Of a stretch of DNA of 64,000 bases, positions 26,657 through 36,575 are shown in pieces (position 1 is the first letter of the stretch; each line of letters starts with the position of its first letter). Below the pieces are notes generated by a model. That model was given only the letters and a program-made list of their open reading frames with translations. It was not told where the DNA came from and ran no database searches. The stretch covers positions 12,995-76,994 of the forward strand of contig NZ_DATGFH010000132.1 in assembly GCF_035309285.1 (NCBI RefSeq), given 5' to 3'. Origin of the DNA: Bradyrhizobium sp. GTDB taxonomy: Bacteria; Pseudomonadota; Alphaproteobacteria; Rhizobiales; Xanthobacteraceae. The translations under genes and the position numbers were made by a program.

Positions 26657-29641
26657 ATGGATCTGAACGCCGCAGCCGGCACTTCAGCCGCCAAACCCTG
26701 GGTCGGGCAGTCGATCCCGCGCGTCGAGGATCCGGCGCTGCTGGCAGGCCGCGGGCGCTTCATCGACGATCTCGGGGTACGGCCGGGAACGCTGCATGCC
26801 GCGATCCTTCGCTCGCCGCACGCTCATGCCAAAATTGTTTCGATCGACATCGCGGCGGCGCGGCAAGCGCGGGGTGTTGTCGCCATCCTGACCGGCGAGG
26901 ATATCAAGGCGCTGACCGCAAGCCTCGTCGTCGGCGTCAAGGCGCCGGTCGAGTGCTGGCCGATCGCGGTCGGTCGCGCGCGCTATGCCGGCGAGCCCGT
27001 GGCCGTCGTCGTCGCGGAGAGCCGCTATCTCGCCGAAGACGCCATCGACCTGATCGACGCGCAGTACGAGGCGCTGCCCGCGGTCATCGATCCCGTCCGC
27101 GCGATGGACGCCGGCGCGCCGCTGCTGCATGACGGCTTTCCCAACAACACCGCGAGCGATCGCTCCTTCAAATATGGCGACCCGGATCAGATCTTCGCGG
27201 ACGCCAAGCGCACCGTTGCGATCACGATCCGCTACCCTCGCAATTCCTGCACCCCGATCGAAACCTACGGCGTCGTCGCCGAATATGATCCTGCTGAGCA
27301 GGCCTATGACGTGCTCGCCAACTTCCAGGGGCCGTTCTCGATCCATGCGGTGCTGTCGCGTGCACTGAAGGTTCCCGGCAATCGGCTGCGGTTGCGGACG
27401 CCTCCGGATTCCGGCGGCAGCTTTGGCGTCAAGCAGGGCGTGTTTCCCTATATCGTGCTGATCGCGGCTGCCGCGCGCGCCACGGCACGGCCGGTCAAAT
27501 GGATCGAGGACCGGCTCGAGCACCTGACTGCGTCGGTGTCGGCGACCAATCGCGCGACCACATTGCGCGCCGCCGTCAGCGATGACGGCAAGGTTCTCGC
27601 GCTCGATTGGGACCAGGTGGAAGATTGCGGCGCGCATCTGCGCGCCCCGGAGCCTGCCACGCTCTATCGCATGCACGGCAACCTCACCGGCGCTTACGAC
27701 ATCCGTCATGTCGCCGTGCGCAACCGCGTCGTGGTGACCAACAAGACGCCGACCGGACTCAATCGAGGATTCGGCGGGCCGCAGGTCTATTTCGCGCTCG
27801 AGCGGCTGATGCAGCGCATCGCCGTCGAGCTGAAGCGCGATCCCGTCGAAATCATCTCCCGCAACCTCGTCCCCACCGACGCCTTTCCCTATCGCACTGC
27901 GACCGGGGCGCTGCTCGACTCCGGCGACTATCAGGAAGCGCTTGCACGCGCCATCAGCGAAGGCGGATTGGCCGAATTGAAAGCGCGCCGCGACAAGGCG
28001 CGCGCGGAAGGGCGGATTTACGGCATCGGCTATACCGCCGTGGTCGAGCCGAGCGTCTCGAATATGGGCTACATCACGACCGTGCTGACGGCGGCAGAGC
28101 GGCGCAAGGCAGGCCCCAAGAATGGCGCGCAGGCGACCGCGACGGTCGCGATCGATCCCCTCGGCAGCGTGTCCGTGCATGTCGCCTCCGTGCCGCAGGG
28201 CCAGGGCCATCGCACCGTGCTGGCTCAGGTCGTCGCCGACGCGCTTGGGCTCGCGCCGGACAATATCCGGGTCAATGTCGAGATCGACACCGTCAAGGAC
28301 GCCTGGTCGATCGCGTCAGGTAATTATTCCAGCCGCTTTGCGCCGGCGGTCGCCGGCACCGCAAAACTCGCCGCCGAGCGCCTCGCCGAAAGAATTGCGC
28401 GCATCGCGGCGGCCGGCCTGAATACGGAGAGCGACGACATCGCCTTTGCCGGCGGCTTCGTATTCTCGAAGCGCAACCCCGACAACAAGGCGCCGTTCTC
28501 GCGCATCGCCGCGCTGAGCCACTGGTCGCCGGGCGCGCTTCCGGACGACATCGGACACACCATTCGCGAAACCGCGTTCTGGACTCCGCCGGAGCTGACG
28601 GCCCCGGACGATCACGACCAGGTCAACTCTTCGCTCTGCTACGGCTTCATCTTCGATTTTTGCGGCATCGAGATCGACCGCGCCACGCTGCAACCGCGTA
28701 TCGACCGCTACGTCACCATGCACGACTGCGGCACCATCCTGCATCCGGCGATGGTCGATGGCCAGGTCCGCGGCGGCTTCGCGCAGGCGCTGGGTGCCGC
28801 GCTGTACGAGGAATACGCCTATGCGAGCGACGGCTCGTTCCTCAGCGGCACCTTCGCCGACTATCTACTGCCGACCGTGGCCGAGGTGCCGGAACCATTG
28901 ATCCTGCACATGCAGACGCCCTCGCCTTTCACGCCGCTGGGATCAAAGGGCGTCGGCGAAGGCAATTGCATGTCGACGCCGGTCTGCATCGCCAATGCGG
29001 TGGCCGACGCGCTCGGCATTGCCGATGTCAAGTTGCCGGTGCTGCCGGCGCGCCTCGCTGAAATTCTGCGGGGCGCGGAGACCGCGGCTCCCTCCGGCAC
29101 GCCAAAGGTACGCGAACCGGGCACGCGGAAACTATCCGGCGAAGGCATTGCCAAGGTCGCGGCTGCGCCGGAGCAGGTATGGGCGATGCTGCTCGATCCG
29201 GCGACACTCGCCGCAGTGATCCCGAGCTGTCACCGTGTGGCAAAGATTTCGGACACGGATTTCACGGCCGACGTGACGATCGGCGTCGGTCCGGTCAAGG
29301 GCCGCTATCGCGCAAGGATCACGCTGTCTGATCTCGACAGACCGAATGGTCTCACTCTCGCAGGCAGCGCCGAAGGCGCGTTGGGATTTGGTGCGGGCAA
29401 AGGCCGGATCACCCTTGCTCCCGAGAATGGTGGAACGTCGGTGCATTACCGCTACGAGGCGGAGATCGGCGGCAAGGTCGCGAGCATCGGCGGCCGCCTG
29501 CTCGACGGCGCCACCCGCGTCATCATCGGACAATTCTTTGCGGCGCTGGCGCGGCGGGCCGGTGGCGAGACGCGCGCAGGCCATGGCCCCATTGCCGCCC
29601 TGCTGTCGAAGCTGCGCGGACTCTTGGGAGGCCGGCGATGA
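26657..29641 (+). CDS. hmfA: 2-furoyl-CoA dehydrogenase large (Mo) subunit with C-terminal CoxG/SRPBCC domain
   Basis: Xanthine-dehydrogenase-family motifs (PRVED..LLAGRGRF, GGSFGVK, NRGFGGPQ, QGQGH, KGVGEG) plus a CoxG-like tail. About 1000 aa. Gene order matches the known hmfABCDE operon. Start uncertain (26636-26657). Confidence 0.85.
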   Translation: MDLNAAAGTSAAKPWVGQSIPRVEDPALLAGRGRFIDDLGVRPGTLHAAILRSPHAHAKIVSIDIAAARQARGVVAILTGEDIKALTASLVVGVKAPVECWPIAVGRARYAGEPVAVVVAESRYLAEDAIDLIDAQYEALPAVIDPVRAMDAGAPLLHDGFPNNTASDRSFKYGDPDQIFADAKRTVAITIRYPRNSCTPIETYGVVAEYDPAEQAYDVLANFQGPFSIHAVLSRALKVPGNRLRLRTPPDSGGSFGVKQGVFPYIVLIAAAARATARPVKWIEDRLEHLTASVSATNRATTLRAAVSDDGKVLALDWDQVEDCGAHLRAPEPATLYRMHGNLTGAYDIRHVAVRNRVVVTNKTPTGLNRGFGGPQVYFALERLMQRIAVELKRDPVEIISRNLVPTDAFPYRTATGALLDSGDYQEALARAISEGGLAELKARRDKARAEGRIYGIGYTAVVEPSVSNMGYITTVLTAAERRKAGPKNGAQATATVAIDPLGSVSVHVASVPQGQGHRTVLAQVVADALGLAPDNIRVNVEIDTVKDAWSIASGNYSSRFAPAVAGTAKLAAERLAERIARIAAAGLNTESDDIAFAGGFVFSKRNPDNKAPFSRIAALSHWSPGALPDDIGHTIRETAFWTPPELTAPDDHDQVNSSLCYGFIFDFCGIEIDRATLQPRIDRYVTMHDCGTILHPAMVDGQVRGGFAQALGAALYEEYAYASDGSFLSGTFADYLLPTVAEVPEPLILHMQTPSPFTPLGSKGVGEGNCMSTPVCIANAVADALGIADVKLPVLPARLAEILRGAETAAPSGTPKVREPGTRKLSGEGIAKVAAAPEQVWAMLLDPATLAAVIPSCHRVAKISDTDFTADVTIGVGPVKGRYRARITLSDLDRPNGLTLAGSAEGALGFGAGKGRITLAPENGGTSVHYRYEAEIGGKVASIGGRLLDGATRVIIGQFFAALARRAGGETRAGHGPIAALLSKLRGLLGGRR

Positions 29642-30453
29642 AACCGGCTGCCTTCGACTATGTGCGCGCGGAAAGCCTCGATGAGACGCTCGACGTGCTG
29701 CGCAACGCAGGTGGCGACGCGCGTATCATCGCCGGCGGCCAGTCGCTGATGCCAATGCTGAACTTGCGCCTCGCAAGACCCCGTATTCTCGTCGACATCA
29801 TGCGGCTGAAAGAGCTGCGCAGGATCGAGCCGCGGCAGGACAGGATCGCGGTCGGCGCCGCCGTCCGTCAGGCCGAGCTTCTGCAATGGCCGTCGCTCGA
29901 TCGCGAGCTGCCACTTTTGTCGCTTACGCTGCCCTGGAGCGGTCATGTGCAGACCCGAAGCCGCGGCACCATCTGCGGTTCGATCGCGCATGCCGATCCC
30001 AGCGCCGAGATACCGCTGGCGCTGCTGGCCTTGGGCGGCGAAATCGTGCTGCGCAGCGCGAGCAAACGGCGGCGCGTTGCGGCATGCGATTTCTTCCTCG
30101 GCGTGATGGCGACCGACCGCAACGACGACGAGCTGATCGAGGCGGTGGAATTCCGTGTGAGCAATGGGCGACGTTGCGGCTTCCGCGAGGTCGCGCGCCG
30201 GCACGGCGATTTTGCCATCGTGGCCTGCGCTGCGGTGACAACGGATCGCGGCGTGCGCTTGGCCGTTGGTGGCGTCGCCGATAGGCCGGTTGCGCGTGAG
30301 TTCGAGACCCTCGAAGGCAGCGCGCTCGACGATGCGCTCAATGCCTTCGCCTGGGACCTCGATGCCCGCGACGATTTGCATGCCACAGCGCGCTACCGGC
30401 GCGACCTGGTCCGGATGATCGGGCGCGAGCTGATTGCGGAGGTGACGCAATGA
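29638..30453 (+). CDS. hmfB: 2-furoyl-CoA dehydrogenase FAD-binding subunit
   Basis: MKPAAFDY, IAGGQSLMPMLNLRLARP, GTICGSIAHADP; operon position. Confidence 0.85.
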   Translation: MKPAAFDYVRAESLDETLDVLRNAGGDARIIAGGQSLMPMLNLRLARPRILVDIMRLKELRRIEPRQDRIAVGAAVRQAELLQWPSLDRELPLLSLTLPWSGHVQTRSRGTICGSIAHADPSAEIPLALLALGGEIVLRSASKRRRVAACDFFLGVMATDRNDDELIEAVEFRVSNGRRCGFREVARRHGDFAIVACAAVTTDRGVRLAVGGVADRPVAREFETLEGSALDDALNAFAWDLDARDDLHATARYRRDLVRMIGRELIAEVTQ

Positions 30454-30971
30454 CGCGTCTCGCCGCCGAACAACGCCACCGCATCCGCTTCACGCTCAAC
30501 GGCGAGGCGGTCGACCGCCTTTGCGAACCGCGAATGCTCCTGACCGATTTCATCCGCCACGAGATCGGCGCGACCGGAACGCATGTCGGCTGCGAGCACG
30601 GCGTTTGCGGCGCCTGCACCGTCAATATTGACGGCCAGCCCGCGCGCGCGTGCCTCACCCTCGCCCTTCAGGTCGAGGGATGCGAGGTCAGAACCGTGGA
30701 AAGCCTTGCCGACAAGCAGGGCCGCCTGGGCGTGCTGCAATCAGCCTTCCGGAAGCACCACGCCTTGCAATGCGGGTTCTGCACCGCGGGCATCCTGATA
30801 TCGCTCGATGCGCTGTTCGCACGGCGCGCCGATGCGGATGAGGCCGAAATCCGCGACGTGCTGACCGGACATCTCTGCCGTTGCACGGGCTACGCGCCGA
30901 TCGTCAAGGCAGCGCTCGAAGCCGCGACGGAGCTGAGAGGAGACATCAGCCATGAGCCGATCGATGCTTGA
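30450..30971 (+). CDS. hmfC: 2-furoyl-CoA dehydrogenase [2Fe-2S] subunit
   Basis: GCEHGVCGACT, QCGFCTAG, HLCRCTGY. Confidence 0.87.
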   Translation: MTRLAAEQRHRIRFTLNGEAVDRLCEPRMLLTDFIRHEIGATGTHVGCEHGVCGACTVNIDGQPARACLTLALQVEGCEVRTVESLADKQGRLGVLQSAFRKHHALQCGFCTAGILISLDALFARRADADEAEIRDVLTGHLCRCTGYAPIVKAALEAATELRGDISHEPIDA

Positions 30972-32511
30972 TCTCGGGACCAGCTTCCTTGCCAGCGTGG
31001 CGCGCGATCCGGATGCGCTGGCGCTGGTCGATGGCGACATCCGCCTTCGCTATGCCGAGTGGCTCGGCAAGATCTCGTCGCTGGTGAGGGCGTTCGACCG
31101 AATGGGCCTGAGACCCGGCGAGCATCTGCTCACCGCGCTGCAAAACACCTGGCAGGCCGCAACGGTGCATTGGGCCTGCCAGCTCGCCGGCCTCATCATC
31201 ACGCCGGTCAACTGGCGAGTGAACGCCGACGAGCTCGATTTTTGCATCGAGAATTCGGAGAGCCGCGCCCTGATCTACCAGGACGTTTCCGAAAACGCGG
31301 TCGCAGCCTCAAAGCGCGCTTCAGGCCTCATCGTCATGCGTGCCGGCTCCAAGCCGGCCGCGGGCGAATTCTCGCTCGACGCGCTCTGCAACGAACGTGC
31401 CGATGACGTGCCGCCGCGGGCCGATGCGGAAGCCTGGTCGATCATGCTTTATACGTCGGGAACGACGTCGCGACCCAAAGGCGTGCCGCGGCGTCATCGC
31501 GCCGAGCGGGCCGCGGGCCTCGCTCATGTCGCACAGAACCTCTATCGCCGCGGCGAATGCACGCTCGGGGTGATGCCGCTCTATCACACCATGGGCGTCC
31601 GCTCCCTGATCGCGATGTCATTGATCGGCGGTACCTTCGTCTGCATGCGGCGATTCGATCCGCAAGCGGCGCTGTCGCTGATCGCGTCTGAACGCGTCAC
31701 GAACCTCTATCTGGTACCGACGCTCTACCATGATCTCGTGCATTGCGACGCCTTCGCGCAAGCCGACATCTCCAGCGTCGCGAAGCTCGGCTTTGCAGGC
31801 GCACCGATGACCGACGGTTTGCTGCAGAAACTGGCACAGACATTCCGGCCTGACCTCTTCGTCAACCACTATGGCAGCTCGGAGATCTACACCTTCACCA
31901 TCGAGCAGGACGCTGCGGCAAAACCGGGCTCTGCCGGCAAGGCCGGGATCAACCAGCAGGTGAAGGTGGTGAAGCTCAATGCGGTGTCGGTCGACAAGGT
32001 GGCTGATGTTGGCGAGGAAGGGGAAGTCGTCGCGCTGCTCGCCGGCGATGAGTCCTTTGAAGGCTATTGGCGCCGGCCCGACGCCGATGCGCGGGCGCTG
32101 CGCGACGGATGGTATTTCACCGGCGACACCGGATGTGTCGATCAGGACGGCGATCTCTTCGTCACCGGCCGGGTCGACGACATGATCATCACCGGCGGCG
32201 AGAACGTCTCGCCCGTCGAGATCGAGAGCTGCCTGTCGCTTCATCCTGCGGTGCTCGAGGTCGCCGTCGTCGGCTTGCCCGACGAACGCTGGGGCAAGGT
32301 CGTCACCGCCTTCGTCAAGCGCTCGCATCCGGTCTCCGAACAGGACCTCGACAAGCATTGCCGCGACTCCGGCCTCGCCGCCTTCAAGCGGCCGCGCCGC
32401 TTCATCTTCGTCGACGCCATCCCGAAGTCGCCGGTCGGCAAGCTGCTGCGGCGCCTGCTTGTCGCCGGTGAATACCAGGCCGAAGGCATACCGCCGTCGA
32501 ACGCGGCGTGA
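30952..32511 (+). CDS. hmfD: 2-furoate--CoA ligase (AMP-binding family)
   Basis: YTSGTTSRPKG, NHYGSSE, TGD, GRVDDMIITGGENVSP, PKSPVGK; operon position. Start 30952 or 30964. Confidence 0.82.
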   Translation: MSRSMLDLGTSFLASVARDPDALALVDGDIRLRYAEWLGKISSLVRAFDRMGLRPGEHLLTALQNTWQAATVHWACQLAGLIITPVNWRVNADELDFCIENSESRALIYQDVSENAVAASKRASGLIVMRAGSKPAAGEFSLDALCNERADDVPPRADAEAWSIMLYTSGTTSRPKGVPRRHRAERAAGLAHVAQNLYRRGECTLGVMPLYHTMGVRSLIAMSLIGGTFVCMRRFDPQAALSLIASERVTNLYLVPTLYHDLVHCDAFAQADISSVAKLGFAGAPMTDGLLQKLAQTFRPDLFVNHYGSSEIYTFTIEQDAAAKPGSAGKAGINQQVKVVKLNAVSVDKVADVGEEGEVVALLAGDESFEGYWRRPDADARALRDGWYFTGDTGCVDQDGDLFVTGRVDDMIITGGENVSPVEIESCLSLHPAVLEVAVVGLPDERWGKVVTAFVKRSHPVSEQDLDKHCRDSGLAAFKRPRRFIFVDAIPKSPVGKLLRRLLVAGEYQAEGIPPSNAA

Positions 32512-32540
32512 CCATCATTTCACAGCTCAGGAAGCAAGAC

Positions 32541-33344
32541 ATGCCTTCATACGCATTTGCCGATCACCGTCTCTCGAAGCTCGACGGATTCCAGGTCGAG
32601 ATCGACGAGCCGCGCGAGCGCGCCGACATCATTCTCAACCGGCCGCCCTTCAACATCGTATCGATGCTGCAGCGCGACCAGTTGCGCCTGGTATTCGAGA
32701 CGCTGGACCAGGACGACCGCATCCGCATCATCGTGGTGCGCGCGGTCGGCGAGCACTTCTCCTCCGGCGGCAATATCGGCGGCTTCATGGAGGCGACGCC
32801 GGAGACGGTCTCCAAGCTCGCCTGGAACATCGCCTCGCCCGCGCGCTGCGCCAAGCCGGTGGTGGTCGCCAACCGCGGCTACTGCTTCGGCGTCGGCTTC
32901 GAGCTGTCGCTCGCCTGCGACTTCCGGATCGCCTCGGATACCGCGCAATTCGCGCTGCCTGAGCAGAAGCTCGGTCAGATCCCAGGATCAGGCGGATCGG
33001 CGCGGTTGCAGAAGATGATCGGCATCACGCGGACCAAGGACATCGTGATGCGGTCCAAGCGTATCCCGGCGCGCCAGGCGCTTGAATGGGGCATCGTCAC
33101 CGAATGCGTCGCGGACAAGGATCTGGAGGCCGCCACCGACAAGCTGGTTGACGAGCTGCGCACCTTCGCGCCGCTGGCGCAGCGCACCGCCAAGAAGCTC
33201 CTCAACGATACCGAGGATTCAACGCTGTCGATCGCAATCGAGCTCGAAGGCCATTGCTACAGCCGGCTGCGCCAGTCGGAGGATTTCAAGGAGGGCGTCG
33301 AGGCGTTCAACGCCAAGCGGCCGCCCAAATTCATTGGCCGCTAG
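32541..33344 (+). CDS. hmfE: Crotonase-family 2-oxoglutaroyl-CoA hydrolase
   Basis: RADIILNRPPFN, FSSGGNIGGFMEATPE.VSKLAWN, PEQKLGQIPGSGGSARL, AIELEGHCYSRLR; closely matches my recollection of HmfE proteins. Confidence 0.87.
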   Translation: MPSYAFADHRLSKLDGFQVEIDEPRERADIILNRPPFNIVSMLQRDQLRLVFETLDQDDRIRIIVVRAVGEHFSSGGNIGGFMEATPETVSKLAWNIASPARCAKPVVVANRGYCFGVGFELSLACDFRIASDTAQFALPEQKLGQIPGSGGSARLQKMIGITRTKDIVMRSKRIPARQALEWGIVTECVADKDLEAATDKLVDELRTFAPLAQRTAKKLLNDTEDSTLSIAIELEGHCYSRLRQSEDFKEGVEAFNAKRPPKFIGR

Positions 33345-33358
33345 CTAGCGTATCGCCA

Positions 33359-34201
33359 TCATCGGCTAGCGGACTCCTTGCCGCGCGGCGCATAGCCGAA
33401 CGGAACAAGGGCCGAATGACCATGAAGGATTGCAGCTTCGGGATCCTGATCGGCAATTTCCAGGGTGCACGGCCCATCGAAGCCGACGCCAGCGAGCGCG
33501 CGGGCGACCTCGGCAAATGGAACGCTGCCGGTACCGATCCGGCCGTGGCGCCACACGTCGCGGCCGGTGTCGGAAAGGTGAACGATACGCAGCAGGTCGC
33601 CCAGATGAGCGATGCCTTCGGCCGGTGGTTCTCCAATGAAATGAGCGTTGGCCGCGTCATAGCAGACAGCGAGCCTCGGAGAATTGAAGCCGCGCACGAA
33701 GCGCCCGAGCGAGATAGCATCCGGAAACGCCGCGAAAGGTATGTTTTCGACCGCGATGCCGACGCCGCGCGCCTCGGCCCGGGGCAGCAACGCGGCGACG
33801 CTCTCGCTTATCCATTTCATCTTGTCGGCCGCGGAAGGCGGAAACAGCGGACTCATGCGGCCGGGCACCATCACAAGCCACTCGGCTCCCACGTCGGCTG
33901 CAAGGTCGATGGCATCAGCGAACATCTGCACCGAAGCAGCTCGCGCGCGCGGAAGCGGACTTGCAAGATTGTAGTCGAGACTGGGCATATTCAGTGCCGT
34001 TCGCCTGGCGCCTGCCTCGTTCAGCGCACCTCTCAGCTCGCGGCGCGCGCCGGCATCGAAGTCATCGAGCGGCAAATGCGGCGGATGGATCATCAGCTCG
34101 AATTGCCGATAGCCGAGCTCCGCCAGGCGCCGCACGCAGGCCGCCGCCGGCGTCGACCAGATATATCCGTAGGTGTTGACCCCAAGCTCTCGCGCGATCA
34201 T
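33359..34201 (-). CDS. Sugar phosphate isomerase/epimerase family (AP endonuclease 2 TIM barrel)
   Basis: Metal ligands in VENIP, CYDAAN, VHLSD and TLEI; TIM-barrel pattern. Confidence 0.85.
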   Translation of the reverse strand: MIARELGVNTYGYIWSTPAAACVRRLAELGYRQFELMIHPPHLPLDDFDAGARRELRGALNEAGARRTALNMPSLDYNLASPLPRARAASVQMFADAIDLAADVGAEWLVMVPGRMSPLFPPSAADKMKWISESVAALLPRAEARGVGIAVENIPFAAFPDAISLGRFVRGFNSPRLAVCYDAANAHFIGEPPAEGIAHLGDLLRIVHLSDTGRDVWRHGRIGTGSVPFAEVARALAGVGFDGPCTLEIADQDPEAAILHGHSALVPFGYAPRGKESASR

Positions 34202-34399
34202 GGTTTACCTCGTTTGCCATTGGGCCTCATTCGGCGGCCGACCTTCGCAAAATCTGATCGTGCTTCGCCACCGGGCCGAAGGCAACTGGCGCGTCAGAAG
34301 ATTGTCCCGGGGAAGGTTTGCGGCAACGACAAACCGGATTAGGTTTTCGCTGGCAGTACACGACGGCCGATGAAAAGGGCCGGTTGAAGGAGGCAAGCC

Positions 34400-35413
34400 T
34401 TGAAGTGCTATGAATTGCAGGGACCGAGCGGCGTTGACGGACTTGCCCTGGTCGAAAGGCCCGTGCCGCAACCCCGTGCCGGCGAGGTGCTGATTCGGCT
34501 CCAGGCTGCGACGCTGAACTACCGGGATCTGCTGACCGTCAAGGGCGGCTACGGCTCACGTCAGAAATTTCCTCTGGTGCCCGTTTCGGACGGCGCGGGA
34601 ACGGTTGAAGCCGTGGGACCCGGCGTGCGAGCGTTCGCTCCGGGTGATCGGGTCATCGGAAGCTTCTTCGAAAGCTGGATCAGCGGCGAGCCGAGCGAGG
34701 CGAAGATGCGCTCAGCGCTTGGCGGCGCCGTCGATGGCGTGCTTGCCGAATATCGGATCTTTGCCGCAGACGCGCTGGTCAAGACGCCGGAGCATCTCAG
34801 CGATGTCGAGGCCGCTGCCCTCCCCTGCGCTGGCCTGACGGCCTGGAGCGCGGTCGTCAAGCTTGGGGCCGTGAAGCCGGGCCAGACGGTGCTGACGCAG
34901 GGAACGGGCGGGGTTTCGCTGTTTGCGCTGCAATTCGCCAAGATGTGCGGCGCGCGCGTTATCGCAACCTCGTCGAGCGATGCAAAGATCGAGCGCCTCA
35001 AGCAACTCGGCGCGAATCTCACACTGAACTACAAGACGACGCCCGACTGGGGCAAGAAGGTCCGCGAGCTGACCGGACATGGGGTCGATCTCGTCGTGGA
35101 AGTCGGCGGGGTTGGGACGCTCAACGAGTCGATCCGGGCGACGAGGATCGGCGGAACGATTGCATTTATCCGCGTGCTTGCCGGACCGCCGCCCTCCGAA
35201 CTTCGCCTTCCACTCATGGTCATGCAGCAGCAGCGGCTGCAAGGCGTCACTGTCGGATCAGTCGAAGATCTGCGCGCGATGGCGGACGCGATCACGATCA
35301 ATCGCATGAGGCCGGTGATCGACCGGACGTTTCCGTTCGATCAGGTAAAGCAGGCGTTCTCCCATATGGCGAGCGGCGCGCATTTTGGAAAAGTGGCGAT
35401 CGCCATGGGGTAG
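34400..35413 (+). CDS. NAD(P)-dependent medium-chain dehydrogenase/reductase (zinc-independent MDR)
   Basis: TLNYRDL, VPVSDGAG, AAALPCAGLTAW, QGTGGVSLFALQFAK, PVIDRTFPF, GAHFGKV; TTG start after GGAGG. Confidence 0.88.
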   Translation: MKCYELQGPSGVDGLALVERPVPQPRAGEVLIRLQAATLNYRDLLTVKGGYGSRQKFPLVPVSDGAGTVEAVGPGVRAFAPGDRVIGSFFESWISGEPSEAKMRSALGGAVDGVLAEYRIFAADALVKTPEHLSDVEAAALPCAGLTAWSAVVKLGAVKPGQTVLTQGTGGVSLFALQFAKMCGARVIATSSSDAKIERLKQLGANLTLNYKTTPDWGKKVRELTGHGVDLVVEVGGVGTLNESIRATRIGGTIAFIRVLAGPPPSELRLPLMVMQQQRLQGVTVGSVEDLRAMADAITINRMRPVIDRTFPFDQVKQAFSHMASGAHFGKVAIAMG

Positions 35414-35451
35414 CTCAGCGGTCGTTACCGATCCTGTGAGGGCGACGCACG

Positions 35452-36417
35452 TCACAAGCCGGAGACCCTGGTGGGGCTTACGGAGCGCGCAGGCTGGACT
35501 GCAGGCAGGTAGCGAAAGCCGTCCTCGCCGAGAAAGTCCAGCATCGCTTGCGCAGGCGGAAGCAGCTCCTTGTCGACCCTCCGCACAGCATACCATTGCC
35601 GCATGACCGGCAAGCCCGCGACATCGAGCACGGCGAGACGGCCGTCGGCAAGCTCGCTCGCCACCGTGTGCAGCGAGATGAAGGCGACGCCGAGTCCCGC
35701 AATCACCGCCTGCTTGATGGTCTCGTTGGAGTCCATCTCCATGCCGATCTTCGGCTGCAGATCGCTCGCCTGAAAAAACTGCTCCATCAACATCCGCGTG
35801 CCTGAGCCGCGCTCCCGCGTGATAAAGGTTTCATAAGTCAGATCGACCACGGCGAGACCTGAATCCCTGGCGAGCCAGTGATTGGCGGCGGCGACGACGG
35901 CGTGCGGATGCTCGCCGAGCAGGCGCTTTTCGACTGCAACATCCGGCGGCGGCTGGCCCATGATTGCGATGTCGAGATCGTAGCCGCGCAGCGCCTGGCG
36001 GATATCCTCGCGATTGCCGATGGTGAGGATGACGTCGATCTTGGGATGAAGTTTCGAGAACGCGGCGATGACGAATGGCACAAAATATTTCGCCGTCGAC
36101 ACCGCACCGATCGAGACCCGCCCGCCGGAGCGGCCGGCGATCATGTCGAGCGTCTGCTCGCAATCGACCAGCGCCGCTTCGATCCGTTCGGTGAGCGCCA
36201 TCACCTCGCATCCGGCATCGGTCAGCCGCATGCCTTCGCCGGTGCGCTGGACCAACGGCAAGCCGGTGAGCGCTTCGAGGTTGCGAAGCTGCAGGGTCAC
36301 CGCGGGCTGGGTGAGGTTCAGCCGCTTTGCGGCGGCCGTGACCGAGCCCATTTCGTGAACCGCCGCCAGCGCGCGGAGCTGCCGGACCGTCAGATCACGT
36401 CGAAAATGGCCTGTCAT
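35452..36417 (-). CDS. cbbR: LysR-type regulator of the Calvin cycle operon
   Basis: LTVRQLRAL...GSVTAAAKRLNLTQPAVTLQ, VSTAKYFVP, REXGSGTR, SNETIKQAVIAGLG; divergent from cbbF. Confidence 0.93.
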   Translation of the reverse strand: MTGHFRRDLTVRQLRALAAVHEMGSVTAAAKRLNLTQPAVTLQLRNLEALTGLPLVQRTGEGMRLTDAGCEVMALTERIEAALVDCEQTLDMIAGRSGGRVSIGAVSTAKYFVPFVIAAFSKLHPKIDVILTIGNREDIRQALRGYDLDIAIMGQPPPDVAVEKRLLGEHPHAVVAAANHWLARDSGLAVVDLTYETFITRERGSGTRMLMEQFFQASDLQPKIGMEMDSNETIKQAVIAGLGVAFISLHTVASELADGRLAVLDVAGLPVMRQWYAVRRVDKELLPPAQAMLDFLGEDGFRYLPAVQPARSVSPTRVSGL

Positions 36418-36424
36418 GCTGACC

Positions 36425-36475
36425 TATATAAGCAGAACTTTGGTCGATCCCAAGATATTGAAATTTTACTAATTG
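36425..36475. promoter_or_regulatory. cbbR/cbbF divergent promoter with putative CbbR boxes
   Basis: AT-rich; T-N11-A words TATTGAAATTTTA (36456-36468) and TGAAATTTTACTA (36459-36471); upstream TAAGCAGAACTTT (36429-36441). Confidence 0.5.
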
Positions 36476-36575
36476 CTCAATCTCGGCGTTGATATGGGCG
36501 CCCGCCAGTCGTTGTCCGGCCGCACGGGCGATCAGACAAAGCCCCTCAAGAGGCGCCACCACAGGGAACGAGCCA

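Noticed and set aside
26657-30971. Aerobic CO dehydrogenase (coxLMS) powering the nearby Calvin cycle
   Set aside because: Neither Mo subunit has VAYRCSFR or AYRGAGR. They read LNRGFGG (hmfA) and AVRGFGQ (55267-57669), and the neighbours are a CoA ligase/crotonase or an amidohydrolase.
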